Source: a virus (taxonomy: Duplodnaviria > Caudoviricetes). From it: DNA of 53,478 nt. A model generated the notes under the pieces. That model had not been told where the DNA came from and made no database searches. It saw only the letters and a list, made by a program, of their open reading frames with translations. A program made the position numbers and the translations under genes. This document shows positions 1 through 7,222 of this stretch, piece after piece. Location: positions 1 through 53,478 of IMG/VR virus record IMGVR_UViG_3300020020_000038; one strand, given 5' to 3'. Within the stretch, counting starts at the first letter, position 1, and every line of letters starts with the position of its first letter.

Positions 1-2
1 AT

Positions 3-209
3 CACGGCGGCGGAGTCGACACGGGCACCGTCGGGCAGGGGGACATGACGAACGGCGGCGACGGAGGCGACAGCCGGGTCGACGGGTCGACGGGCGACAC
101 GGACGACAGCGGTGATCCCGAGACGTTCAACGTCGCCCGAGTGAGGGGTGCCCATGATCCAGAGACGATCGGCGAGCTGCCAGCCGCGGGGCTTAGATGC
201 GGGAGCCAT
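3..209 (-). CDS. Dual-specificity/tyrosine phosphatase-like protein, N-terminal part only (runs off the window edge)
   Basis: Not in the ORF track. Hand translation from ATG 209: MAPASKPRGWQLADRLWIMGTPHSGDVERLGITAVVRVARRPVDPAVASVAAVRHVPLPDG. The RLWxG..LGITAVV..HVPLPDG pattern resembles the DSP N-terminus; the catalytic CX5R motif would lie beyond the window. Confidence 0.55.
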   Translation of the reverse strand, partial: MAPASKPRGWQLADRLWIMGTPHSGDVERLGITAVVRVARRPVDPAVASVAAVRHVPLPDGARVDSAAV

Positions 210-1122
210 CGGCCAACTTCTTCCACTCATCCTCCAGCCAGACACGAGGCCCGGTCCAGCCGTACACCTCGCCGAGATAGGAGTCGTCGAAGAGGGCGGC
301 ACGAATCGCTCGGAACGGCAACACGGATTCCAGCGCTGGGCCGTGGTGCTTCTCGGCGGTCAACCAGTAGGCCAGCTCACGATCCTGGGAGCGGCCCGGG
401 TACTTGCCGGTGAGCGCTTGGCGGTAGGTGCAGAGAAACACTTCGACGTCGTACCAGGAGACGGGGATGTCGGCGGAGCGGAGTCGTTCTCGGACTTCAA
501 AGGCGAGAGCGTCGGTGAGGCGTATGGTCCGCAGCGAGTTGCCGGAGAGCTGATCGGCACGGTCGGGGTAGAGAGCGGCGAGAGCGCGGCGGCCGTAGGT
601 GTTGCCGTCGGCACGGACATCGGAGGCAGCGCAGTCGAGGAGGCCGACGCGGTGCATGGTTTCGAGGACCTTGATGGTGGCGTAGCGGCCGAGCCCCCAG
701 ACATCGGTGGAGACGGAGTCGTAGACGGCGGGATAGGACCTGCGGCGCATCACCGGCCACCTGAGCCGAACCCAGCGACGCCACGATGCGTCGCATCGAT
801 GCAGCTTCTCGGGGGACTTGACAGCGCGGCGCTCCTTCCGCATTGGGAGCGTTGTGGAGGGTCCCCAGGCATCCTGCCACCAGGCGAGGTCGGGATCGCA
901 CGGGATGCAGCCGCGGCGTTCACGGCCAAGCCATTGGACAGCAGCGGCGGCGACGGTGTAGCAATTGACGAACTCACCGGCCATCATCGCCGCGCTGTAC
1001 TCGTCGGCAGCCCGAGCTCGAATGGCGTTGGCGACGATCTCGATCTGCGGGTCGGGGCCACCAGCGGCGATCTCCTCCCGGGCGTAGCGGAGGAGGAGCT
1101 GCCAGTGGAAGTCGGCAGACAC
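193..1122 (-). CDS. Amino acid:DNA transferase (alpha-glutamyl/putrescinyl thymine pyrophosphorylase clade 2-like)
   Basis: Ordered motifs GGPDP, NCY, GLGRYATIKVLE, EVFLCTYRQ..GKYPGRSQDR and YLGE..GW match my recollection of aGPT-Pplase2 proteins; lies next to a TET/JBP gene. Confidence 0.75.
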   Translation of the reverse strand: MSADFHWQLLLRYAREEIAAGGPDPQIEIVANAIRARAADEYSAAMMAGEFVNCYTVAAAAVQWLGRERRGCIPCDPDLAWWQDAWGPSTTLPMRKERRAVKSPEKLHRCDASWRRWVRLRWPVMRRRSYPAVYDSVSTDVWGLGRYATIKVLETMHRVGLLDCAASDVRADGNTYGRRALAALYPDRADQLSGNSLRTIRLTDALAFEVRERLRSADIPVSWYDVEVFLCTYRQALTGKYPGRSQDRELAYWLTAEKHHGPALESVLPFRAIRAALFDDSYLGEVYGWTGPRVWLEDEWKKLADGSRI

Positions 1123-1124
1123 AC

Positions 1125-1328
1125 TCAGGCTCCGTCAGCGGCGGCCAGGAGGGCACGAGCGGCGCGTAGGAGCCGGAAGTCGGCGTGCGGCTCGAAGTCG
1201 TCGACAGCGGCACGCAGTTCATCGAGGCGGTCGGAAAGAGGAGTAGGCGCTCCGGCTCCACGGAGGTTGAGCACGTCGGGGTCGTAGAGGAACGGCGAGG
1301 GGGTGACAATCTCGATTGGTTCATCCAT
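1125..1328 (-). CDS. Small hypothetical protein (67 aa)
   Basis: ATG 1328 overlaps the end of the dioxygenase gene and fills the operon gap. Confidence 0.6.
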   Translation of the reverse strand: MDEPIEIVTPSPFLYDPDVLNLRGAGAPTPLSDRLDELRAAVDDFEPHADFRLLRAARALLAAADGA

Positions 1329-2217
1329 CGGGACCTCCGGTTTGGGTTTGGGCCATTGCTCGGGCGCGGACCGTGGCACGACTGGCGGCACGGGCAATCT
1401 CGTCTTGTTCTGTGGCGGCGCAGGGGATGCAACCGCGGAGACCGTAGAACACGGCGGTCACCCGCCAGCCACGACGGGACACGGTCATCGGGGTGACGCC
1501 GTGGGTGACGTCGCCGCCGGGGAACGCGATGAGGGAGCGGTGGGTGACGGCGAGGGTGACGCCGTATTCGGGAAGATGGAGGTGGCCGCCATCGACAGAG
1601 GATCGGGCGCCGATCATCGCTGACCACGAGTGCGTCAGGTTGCCGGCGTCGCGGTGGTAGGGGAGGAGTTGGGTGAGGTTGAGGACACCGGACGTCCAGC
1701 CGGTGCCAGACCACTTCCAGACATCGGCGATATCGGCGGCGGAGGCGACGTTGGCCGAGGCGACAGCAGGAAGGTGCTCGGCGAGGACGTGGTGGCATTC
1801 GATGGCGACGGCACGCCACGAGCCGGGGTCGGTTTGCCGGGCGACGTTTGAGCGGGAGCATCCGTACCGCTGGCGCAGCGGCACCGGGGCAAGCGTGCCG
1901 AACATGGCTTGCCGGTCACCGATCCCGGAGAGACGAGCCCGACCGTCGAACCGGGCACCCCACTCGTGAGCGGCAGCGGCGATGTAGCCGGCAGCCGACG
2001 ACGACACAGACGCGGCGAGGGCGAGCGGACGGTCGTCGCAGTAGAGGATGCAGTCGGACAGCACCTCGGTCGGGACAGGGGCAACGGGTCGATGCTGGAG
2101 GCCACGGCAGTGGGGACAGGTGCGGCGGGCGACCGGGACATCACCACCGCACGACGGGCCGGCCTTGGAGGAACAGCGGTAGTAGACGTCGAGACGTTCG
2201 ACGTCAATCCGGCGCAT
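1321..2217 (-). CDS. TET/JBP-family 2OG-Fe(II) nucleobase dioxygenase with N-terminal 4-Cys zinc ribbon
   Basis: HxD motif (YHRDAGN), GGHLHLPEYG, distal His in HGVTP and RVTAVFY. Start reassigned to ATG 2217, which overlaps the ParB gene end. Confidence 0.85.
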   Translation of the reverse strand: MRRIDVERLDVYYRCSSKAGPSCGGDVPVARRTCPHCRGLQHRPVAPVPTEVLSDCILYCDDRPLALAASVSSSAAGYIAAAAHEWGARFDGRARLSGIGDRQAMFGTLAPVPLRQRYGCSRSNVARQTDPGSWRAVAIECHHVLAEHLPAVASANVASAADIADVWKWSGTGWTSGVLNLTQLLPYHRDAGNLTHSWSAMIGARSSVDGGHLHLPEYGVTLAVTHRSLIAFPGGDVTHGVTPMTVSRRGWRVTAVFYGLRGCIPCAATEQDEIARAASRATVRARAMAQTQTGGPDG

Positions 2218-2812
2218 TCTCGACCATGAGTTTGACGACGGCGGAGTAGGTGTCGACCTGGTGGTGGCGGGCGATGCGATCGAGTGCTTCGGTGACCTTG
2301 TCGTGGGTGGCGACGTTGTAGGTGAGTTGGATGGTGCGGAGCCCTTTCGCTTCCCAACCGGGCAAGTCCTCCGACGCGGATGAGCCTTGCGTATCACGGG
2401 GAGTGAGGGCGTCGAGCATCGCTTTCGTCTGGGCGAGATCGTCGGGGCCATAGCCGGTGCCGGCGTAGTCACCGTCGAGGATGCCGATCAGCTCGGCGAG
2501 GGCATCGAAGTCATACCCGCCAAGATCGGAAGAGCGGTTGTCGACCAGCAGAATGCGCAGCGCCTGGTCATCATCGACATCGACGTAGACAACCGCGGCG
2601 TCGGTCCAGTTCAACGCTCGAAGAGCCTGGAGCGTGTGGTTGCCTTTGAGGACGTGGCGGGTGGAACGTTGGACCACGAGCGGGGCGTACTGGCCGTGGG
2701 CGGTCAGGGATTCCTTGATGACTTCGACGTCGCCACGGCGGGCGTTGCGGGGATGTTCGACGAGGGAGTCGACAGGGGCTTGCTCGATGGCGAGTCCGGG
2801 GATCAGTTGCAC
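2204..2812 (-). CDS. ParB/sulfiredoxin-like N-terminal domain protein (paralog 2)
   Basis: HPRNARRGD..IKESL..HGQY.PLVV..GNHT..A..DDDQALRILLVDNR. Confidence 0.85.
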   Translation of the reverse strand: MQLIPGLAIEQAPVDSLVEHPRNARRGDVEVIKESLTAHGQYAPLVVQRSTRHVLKGNHTLQALRALNWTDAAVVYVDVDDDQALRILLVDNRSSDLGGYDFDALAELIGILDGDYAGTGYGPDDLAQTKAMLDALTPRDTQGSSASEDLPGWEAKGLRTIQLTYNVATHDKVTEALDRIARHHQVDTYSAVVKLMVENAPD

Positions 2813-3381
2813 TTTGGCAGCTCCTCCTCGATGAGAGCAGCGACGACTTCGCTGTAGGACTCGAATCCGAACTGAGCAGCGAGCACGTCGAGCCGAGCAC
2901 AGAGAGCAGCATGCTCATCGACGGTGTAAGTGAGCAGGATGGAACGGGAGTCCAGCTCGTCCCAGCCGGCGTCGGGGCCGGCGTCAAGAGAAGCGAGACG
3001 GGCGTCGAGGTCGCCGGGCTCGTAGCCGGTGCCGACCAGATCGTTGAGACCGGCGAGCAGAGCGGTCAGCGACTGTTCCTCGTAGCCGCCCAGGTCGGCG
3101 GCACGGTTGTCGACGAGGAGGATGCGGAGGGCTTGGTCATCGTCGACATCGATGAAGGCGGCGTCGACGAACTCGAACCCGAGTTGCCGGGCGGCGAGCC
3201 AGGTGTGGTTGCCTTTGACGATGTGGTTGGTGGAGCGTTGGACGATGAGCGGGACGAACTGGCCGTGGACTTGGAGCGAGTCGCAGATGGCGTCGATGTC
3301 GCCACGGCGGGCGTTGTCGGGGTGAGGGTGGATTGAGTCGAGCGGCACTCGTTCGGACACGAGGTTCGTGATGACGGTCAT
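2803..3381 (-). CDS. ParB/sulfiredoxin-like N-terminal domain protein (paralog 1)
   Basis: HPDNARRGD..SL..HGQF.PLIVQRST..KGNHT..AA..DDDQALRILLVDNR. Confidence 0.85.
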   Translation of the reverse strand: MTVITNLVSERVPLDSIHPHPDNARRGDIDAICDSLQVHGQFVPLIVQRSTNHIVKGNHTWLAARQLGFEFVDAAFIDVDDDQALRILLVDNRAADLGGYEEQSLTALLAGLNDLVGTGYEPGDLDARLASLDAGPDAGWDELDSRSILLTYTVDEHAALCARLDVLAAQFGFESYSEVVAALIEEELPKCN

Positions 3382-3419
3382 AACGGGGATAACCCTAGCC
3401 GCGACAGGAGGGTGGACGC

Positions 3420-3454
3420 GGAACGACCGCCCCCCGTCGGGAGGCGGTCGTTCC
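3420..3454 (-). terminator. GC-rich hairpin, probable terminator
   Basis: Perfect 12-bp inverted repeat GGAACGACCGCC/GGCGGTCGTTCC just downstream of the 3469 stop; no U-tract. Confidence 0.6.
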
Positions 3455-3468
3455 TGTTGACCGGTGTG

Positions 3469-3945
3469 CTACGAAGCAACGGCGGAGAGATGCCGCTCGC
3501 CGATGCCCAGCTCGCTGCGGACGAGGGCGACGGCTGGGTCCATGCGGACCCGGCTGACCTTGACGCCAGCGGCCCGACAAGCGACGTACAGGCGGGACAC
3601 ACCGACCTTGGGATTGGCGGCGAACTCCTGGCGGACGACGGCGACCACCGCAGCATCCGCCCCACCGTTGCTCTGGCGGGCCTCCAGCAGTGCTTCGGCT
3701 TCGGCGACGGCATCGGCCACGTTGAGTCCGGCAGGCGTCTCCTGTCGTCCCTCAGCGTCCGATCCGGGGACTTCGGGCTCGGCGGTGGCGTCGGCCTTGG
3801 AGGCTTCGATTTCGGCCTTGGCGGCGGTCGCCGAGAGGAAGCGGAGCGGTACGCCTTCGGCGTCGAGGAGCGGGTTGCCGTTCTCGTCGAGGACGTTGTA
3901 GTTGCGGGAGGCAACCTTGGTGACGGTGAACTGTTCTGGATTCAT
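3469..3945 (-). CDS. Hypothetical protein
   Basis: AAGGAG RBS and ATGA overlap with the upstream gene. Confidence 0.7.
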   Translation of the reverse strand: MNPEQFTVTKVASRNYNVLDENGNPLLDAEGVPLRFLSATAAKAEIEASKADATAEPEVPGSDAEGRQETPAGLNVADAVAEAEALLEARQSNGGADAAVVAVVRQEFAANPKVGVSRLYVACRAAGVKVSRVRMDPAVALVRSELGIGERHLSAVAS

Positions 3946-4184
3946 GCTGTTTCTCCTTGGGTTGTTGGTTGGGGAACGGGGACCGATTCGTCGGTGAGGA
4001 CGAACTGGTAGCGGAGGATGCGGGGACTGGAGGCCATGGACCAGACGGGTTCGGCGTGAACGGGACGACCTAGTTCGGCGGTGAGCACGTCGGCCTTAGC
4101 CTTGGCGGCATCGCCAGCAGCGCGCTCAGCGTTCATATCGGCGTCCCAGCGGGCGTGCCGGGCGGTGAACTTGGTGGTGGTCAT
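3942..4184 (-). CDS. Hypothetical protein (leaderless start)
   Basis: ATG lies 7 nt after TATAAT. Confidence 0.7.
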   Translation of the reverse strand: MTTTKFTARHARWDADMNAERAAGDAAKAKADVLTAELGRPVHAEPVWSMASSPRILRYQFVLTDESVPVPQPTTQGETA

Positions 4185-4224
4185 AACACTGATTATAGAG
4201 GAACGTGGTGCAGAAGTAAACCCC
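4185..4224 (-). promoter_or_regulatory. Repeated sigma70-type promoter, copy 1
   Basis: GGGG-TTTACT-N17-TATAAT-N7-ATG. Confidence 0.8.
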
Positions 4225-4241
4225 TATTTAACCTTCGTGTT

Positions 4242-4487
4242 CTAGAGACCGGCGAACGGATCGGCGGGGTGCCGCTCCGCCTCCAGCACACCGAGCAGAT
4301 GACGCACGAGGTCCTTGGTGAGGTCGGAGGGAGGGTTGACGCCGGCAGCGGCAACAGCGGCATCCCACGGGAAGTCGGGCAGGTCGAGGTCGTCGACGGT
4401 GGCGCCAGCTGCGACGAGGGCAGCGACGAGGCGGTGGGCCTTGCGGGCACGGGCCTCAGCGACAGCGGTCTCTTGAACAGTAGTCAT
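4242..4487 (-). CDS. Hypothetical protein (leaderless start)
   Basis: TATAAT (4495-4500) then 7 nt then ATG. Confidence 0.7.
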   Translation of the reverse strand: MTTVQETAVAEARARKAHRLVAALVAAGATVDDLDLPDFPWDAAVAAAGVNPPSDLTKDLVRHLLGVLEAERHPADPFAGL

Positions 4488-4520
4488 AACCCCAATTATA
4501 CACCGATCGTGGAACGGTGC

Positions 4521-4769
4521 TCACGGGCGAGCCCGCAGCGTTACGTCGGTCTGATGTCGAGCGGAGGCGAACCCTTGCTCCTGCGCCCGCTTGTCATTGA
4601 GACAGCGGCGGCACGCAGCGCAGTCATCGGGGGAGTCGAGACCGTCATCATTGCGGGGACCGGCGAACATCCAGCGGCCACACAGCGAGATGAGATCGCC
4701 GGCCGGGAAGTAGTGGGCCTTGCGGGCGCGGGCGGGGAACGCCCAGCCGGCCTCCAGCTTGTCGGCCAT
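4521..4769 (-). CDS. Small His/Cys zinc-finger-like protein
   Basis: GWAF..AHYF..SLCG..PDDCAACR; TGATG-coupled start; similar to 21341..21541. Confidence 0.65.
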   Translation of the reverse strand: MADKLEAGWAFPARARKAHYFPAGDLISLCGRWMFAGPRNDDGLDSPDDCAACRRCLNDKRAQEQGFASARHQTDVTLRARP

Positions 4770-4924
4770 CAGTCCTCCAACCTTTCGTAAAGGTAGCCGT
4801 CGACTACTGCTTGGTCGCCGGGATCGGCGTCGCCCAGGGCTTCGGCGAGCGCCGACCGGGGGAACACGTCGTACTCCATGCCGTTGACGAGCTTGCGGGC
4901 ACGGAACAAGGGTTGTGCGGCCAT
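4769..4924 (-). CDS. Small hypothetical protein
   Basis: TGATG coupling at both ends. Confidence 0.6.
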   Translation of the reverse strand: MAAQPLFRARKLVNGMEYDVFPRSALAEALGDADPGDQAVVDGYLYERLED

Positions 4925-5052
4925 CAGAACGGTCCTCCGTTGTCGGGTTGCAGGCAATTGGCGAGCGTGTGACCGGGAGCGTCGCAGACGTCGCAGAAGT
5001 CCTCATGTGCCTCAGGGGCGTCGTCGAGGGACCAGGCAGCGGGAGCGTTCAT
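4924..5052 (-). CDS. Small CxxC-H-C protein (42 aa)
   Basis: MNAPAAWSL..CDVCDAPGHTLANC; ATGA overlap with the corrected upstream gene. Confidence 0.55.
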   Translation of the reverse strand: MNAPAAWSLDDAPEAHEDFCDVCDAPGHTLANCLQPDNGGPF

Positions 5053-5250
5053 GAGCGGCTCCGCTTCCAGCGGCCATCCATGTCGAGAGGCTTCCAGCCG
5101 ACCAACGCACGCAACCGCTGAATCTCGTCCAGGTCGATACGGACGTCGTCGCGGGTTTTGACCACGGGCGACGTGACCGGTGTGGTCGAGCAGGTGGCCT
5201 TGCAGTTGAGCGATGCGGGTGATGGCGGAGGTGGATTCGGTGAAGGTCAT
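5049..5250 (-). pseudogene. Hypothetical gene with a 1-nt insertion
   Basis: Removing one base of the T4 run at 5156-5159 restores GC3-rich codons (..GQTRDDVRIDLDEIQRLR..) and an ATGA overlap at 5049-5052. Confidence 0.55.
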
Positions 5251-5414
5251 GCGAGCCTGCCTTGGAGGACACGGATGTGGCCGATGGCTTGGGCCTCAGA
5301 GAGGCCACCGTTGGCGAGCGTCCACTTGACAGCCGTGGCGACATCATCGGACCGGACACCGGCCGACAGGCAGTCGGTGAACAGGGAGGCGAGGAGACGG
5401 AGGGTGGCGTCCAT
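5247..5414 (-). CDS. Hypothetical protein (55 aa)
   Basis: Hand-translated MDATLRLLASLFTDCLSAG...; start/stop coupling on both sides. Confidence 0.6.
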   Translation of the reverse strand: MDATLRLLASLFTDCLSAGVRSDDVATAVKWTLANGGLSEAQAIGHIRVLQGRLA

Positions 5415-5551
5415 CACTCGGCACCGAGCGCATCGCCGTCAGCGCAGCCCTGGCAGAGGGTGTCGGAGGCGAAGGCCGTTGAGACTTCGATGTCGGGGTC
5501 GGTGGAGGCGAGTCCGCAGACCCGGCACAGCAAGGCGGGGGTGGTGGTCAT
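5414..5551 (-). CDS. Small CxxC..CxxC zinc-ribbon protein (45 aa, leaderless)
   Basis: MTTTPALLCRVCG...LCQGCADG directly after the repeated promoter. Confidence 0.65.
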   Translation of the reverse strand: MTTTPALLCRVCGLASTDPDIEVSTAFASDTLCQGCADGDALGAE

Positions 5552-5591
5552 AACACCGATTATAGACGAGGGGTGTCAGGAAGTAAACCCC
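5552..5591 (-). promoter_or_regulatory. Repeated sigma70-type promoter, copy 2
   Basis: GGGG-TTTACT-N17-TATAAT-N7-ATG. Confidence 0.8.
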
Positions 5592-5789
5592 TATTTCTCT
5601 GGTTCGGTGACGGGGGTGCCGCTGACGACGACGTCGTAGAAGCATTGGCGGAACCCGTCCTCAGACGACCACGTCGGGACAATCTCGACGCGGGGCTCAC
5701 GCACCTCGTCCAGGGCACCCATGATGGAACGCCCAGGCAGCCGGCAGATCGGGGACACGTTCGACGATCTTGAGGTAGCGCTCAGCCAC
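5591..5789 (-). pseudogene. Hypothetical gene with a 1-nt insertion
   Basis: MAERYLKIVERVPDLPAAWAF joins IMGALDEVREPRVEIV if one G at 5726-5727 is removed; the span is 3n+1. Confidence 0.5.
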
Positions 5790-5819
5790 GGTGAATCACG
5801 TTGCCGTCCTCTTGGACGG

Positions 5820-6059
5820 TCAACTCTCGCCGGCCGAGCTGGCGATAGTTCTGTGGTGGACGTACCGGCCGGGGATGTAGAACCCCCAATTACGGACGCG
5901 GCGGCCGGCGAACACGAGCGTCCAGGTCGGCACCCGGAGCAGAGTGTGGATCGTGTGGCACTCGTCGAGACGCATCCGGCGAGGACGTCCGGGGCGACGG
6001 GTCTCGGTGAGGCCCGGTTCACAAGTCGACGGGCAGTTCGAGTAGCGGGCATCGCTCAA
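5820..6059 (-). pseudogene. C-terminal half of a phage cupin-like protein
   Basis: RRPG..H.I..WTLVFAG.R.RNWGF tail is present, but the usual N-terminal HDHPW part is absent. Confidence 0.4.
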
Positions 6060-6648
6060 TGCGGCCTCCAGTTGAAGATACGTTGATGGCCCTTCGCCGG
6101 GATCGGCTCGCAGCGGCCGGCGCCGCCGCAGGTCTGGCACGGAACCCAATCCCAGTTCGAGCCGTAGTAGTACCCAGGCATGCGCCCCTCGAACTGGTTG
6201 AGACACGTCGGGCAGCGTTTGGTGGTGGGTTTGGCGTCTTCGATGATCCACGCCCATCGGCCCGGCGTGAAATCGCCGTACGGCACCTGATCGGTGACAT
6301 CAGTACTGTGTTCGTCGAGAGCAAGGCCAGGCGGGTAGAGGGCGGCGAAGGCGTGACCGAAGCCAGGGTTGGCGGCGACGACGACGACGCCCGAAGCATG
6401 GAGAGCGACGACTTGCTCAGGAGCGGTGGGGCCAGCGGCGACGACGGGGAGGCTGGCGGTGATGCGGCACGACCCGATCACCGCACCGAGCGGCAACAGA
6501 GCGCCGACGCTTGCACCGCGGCGGAACAGACGTCCGTTGCTGTCGACCCAGTAATCGCCGATCGGCTGGATGGCAGGTGCCCAGCGGGACACGGCTGCGG
6601 GGTGAACATGAGGCTGGCCCACGGCTGATCGAGGGAGAGGGCGGGCAT
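6056..6648 (-). pseudogene. ASCH-domain gene, frameshifted and internally deleted, with Zn-finger insertion
   Basis: MPALSLDQPWASLM is in one frame; LPLGAVIG, GDFTPGRWAW and PIPAKGHQRIFNW are in another; no GxKxxETR motif. Confidence 0.6.
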
Positions 6649-6650
6649 GG

Positions 6651-6827
6651 TTATGACGGCTCAGCCTGACGGACCCGAGCGAGGTGGCGCTCAAAGTCGG
6701 CGTGCTCACGGCGAGGGGACCACCAGCCGCACGTGCAAGCCGGAGTCAACGCCCCGTCGGTGAACGAGCGGTGGGTGAGTTGGTGGAGACGCGGGTCAGG
6801 TTGACCGGGGATCGGGATGTACGTCAT
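6651..6827 (-). CDS. Small CxCGW..H protein
   Basis: MTYIPIPG..CTCGWW..HL; ATGA overlap. Confidence 0.55.
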   Translation of the reverse strand: MTYIPIPGQPDPRLHQLTHRSFTDGALTPACTCGWWSPRREHADFERHLARVRQAEPS

Positions 6828-7222
6828 TCCTGATCCCACTTGTCGATGAGTCGGGTGGCGGCGATCACCGCAAGGATGAGATTCGTCGCGCTCCCGGCAT
6901 CGACGATGGCACGCAACGCAGCGACGGCCGCATCCCGATCCAGCACGGCACCCTCGCAGCGGACATCGGCGTCGTCGAGAGTGACGATGGTGTTCCACAC
7001 CTGGTTCCAGCCTGGCGAGTGAGGCAGGTCGGGCGGCGGCTGGAACCCGATCGGATCGCGATCGTCGACTTCCGGGTCGTACGGGACGGGTGGCACGCCG
7101 AGCTTGAGGCCACCGTCGGGATAGCGGGCAGCGAACCGGAGACAGCCGAGCAGCAGTTCCTTCGCCTCGGCGGCGGGACCCCGCTCAGGCTCCGGACCTG
7201 AGCGGGGGCGAGCGGCGGGCAT
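6824..7222 (-). CDS. Hypothetical protein
   Basis: Coupled to neighbours on both sides. Confidence 0.6.
   Translation of the reverse strand: MPAARPRSGPEPERGPAAEAKELLLGCLRFAARYPDGGLKLGVPPVPYDPEVDDRDPIGFQPPPDLPHSPGWNQVWNTIVTLDDADVRCEGAVLDRDAAVAALRAIVDAGSATNLILAVIAATRLIDKWDQE

Noticed and set aside
148-1287. Long plus-strand ORFs opposite real genes (also 7240..8448, 9947..11206, 23601..24956, 33941..35596)
   Set aside because: Antisense shadows typical of high-GC DNA; no recognisable motifs, while the minus-strand frames carry family motifs.
2204-3381. ParB genes as a plasmid-prophage partition system
   Set aside because: No ParA, no evident HTH or parS array, and no canonical GxRR box; the context is DNA modification.
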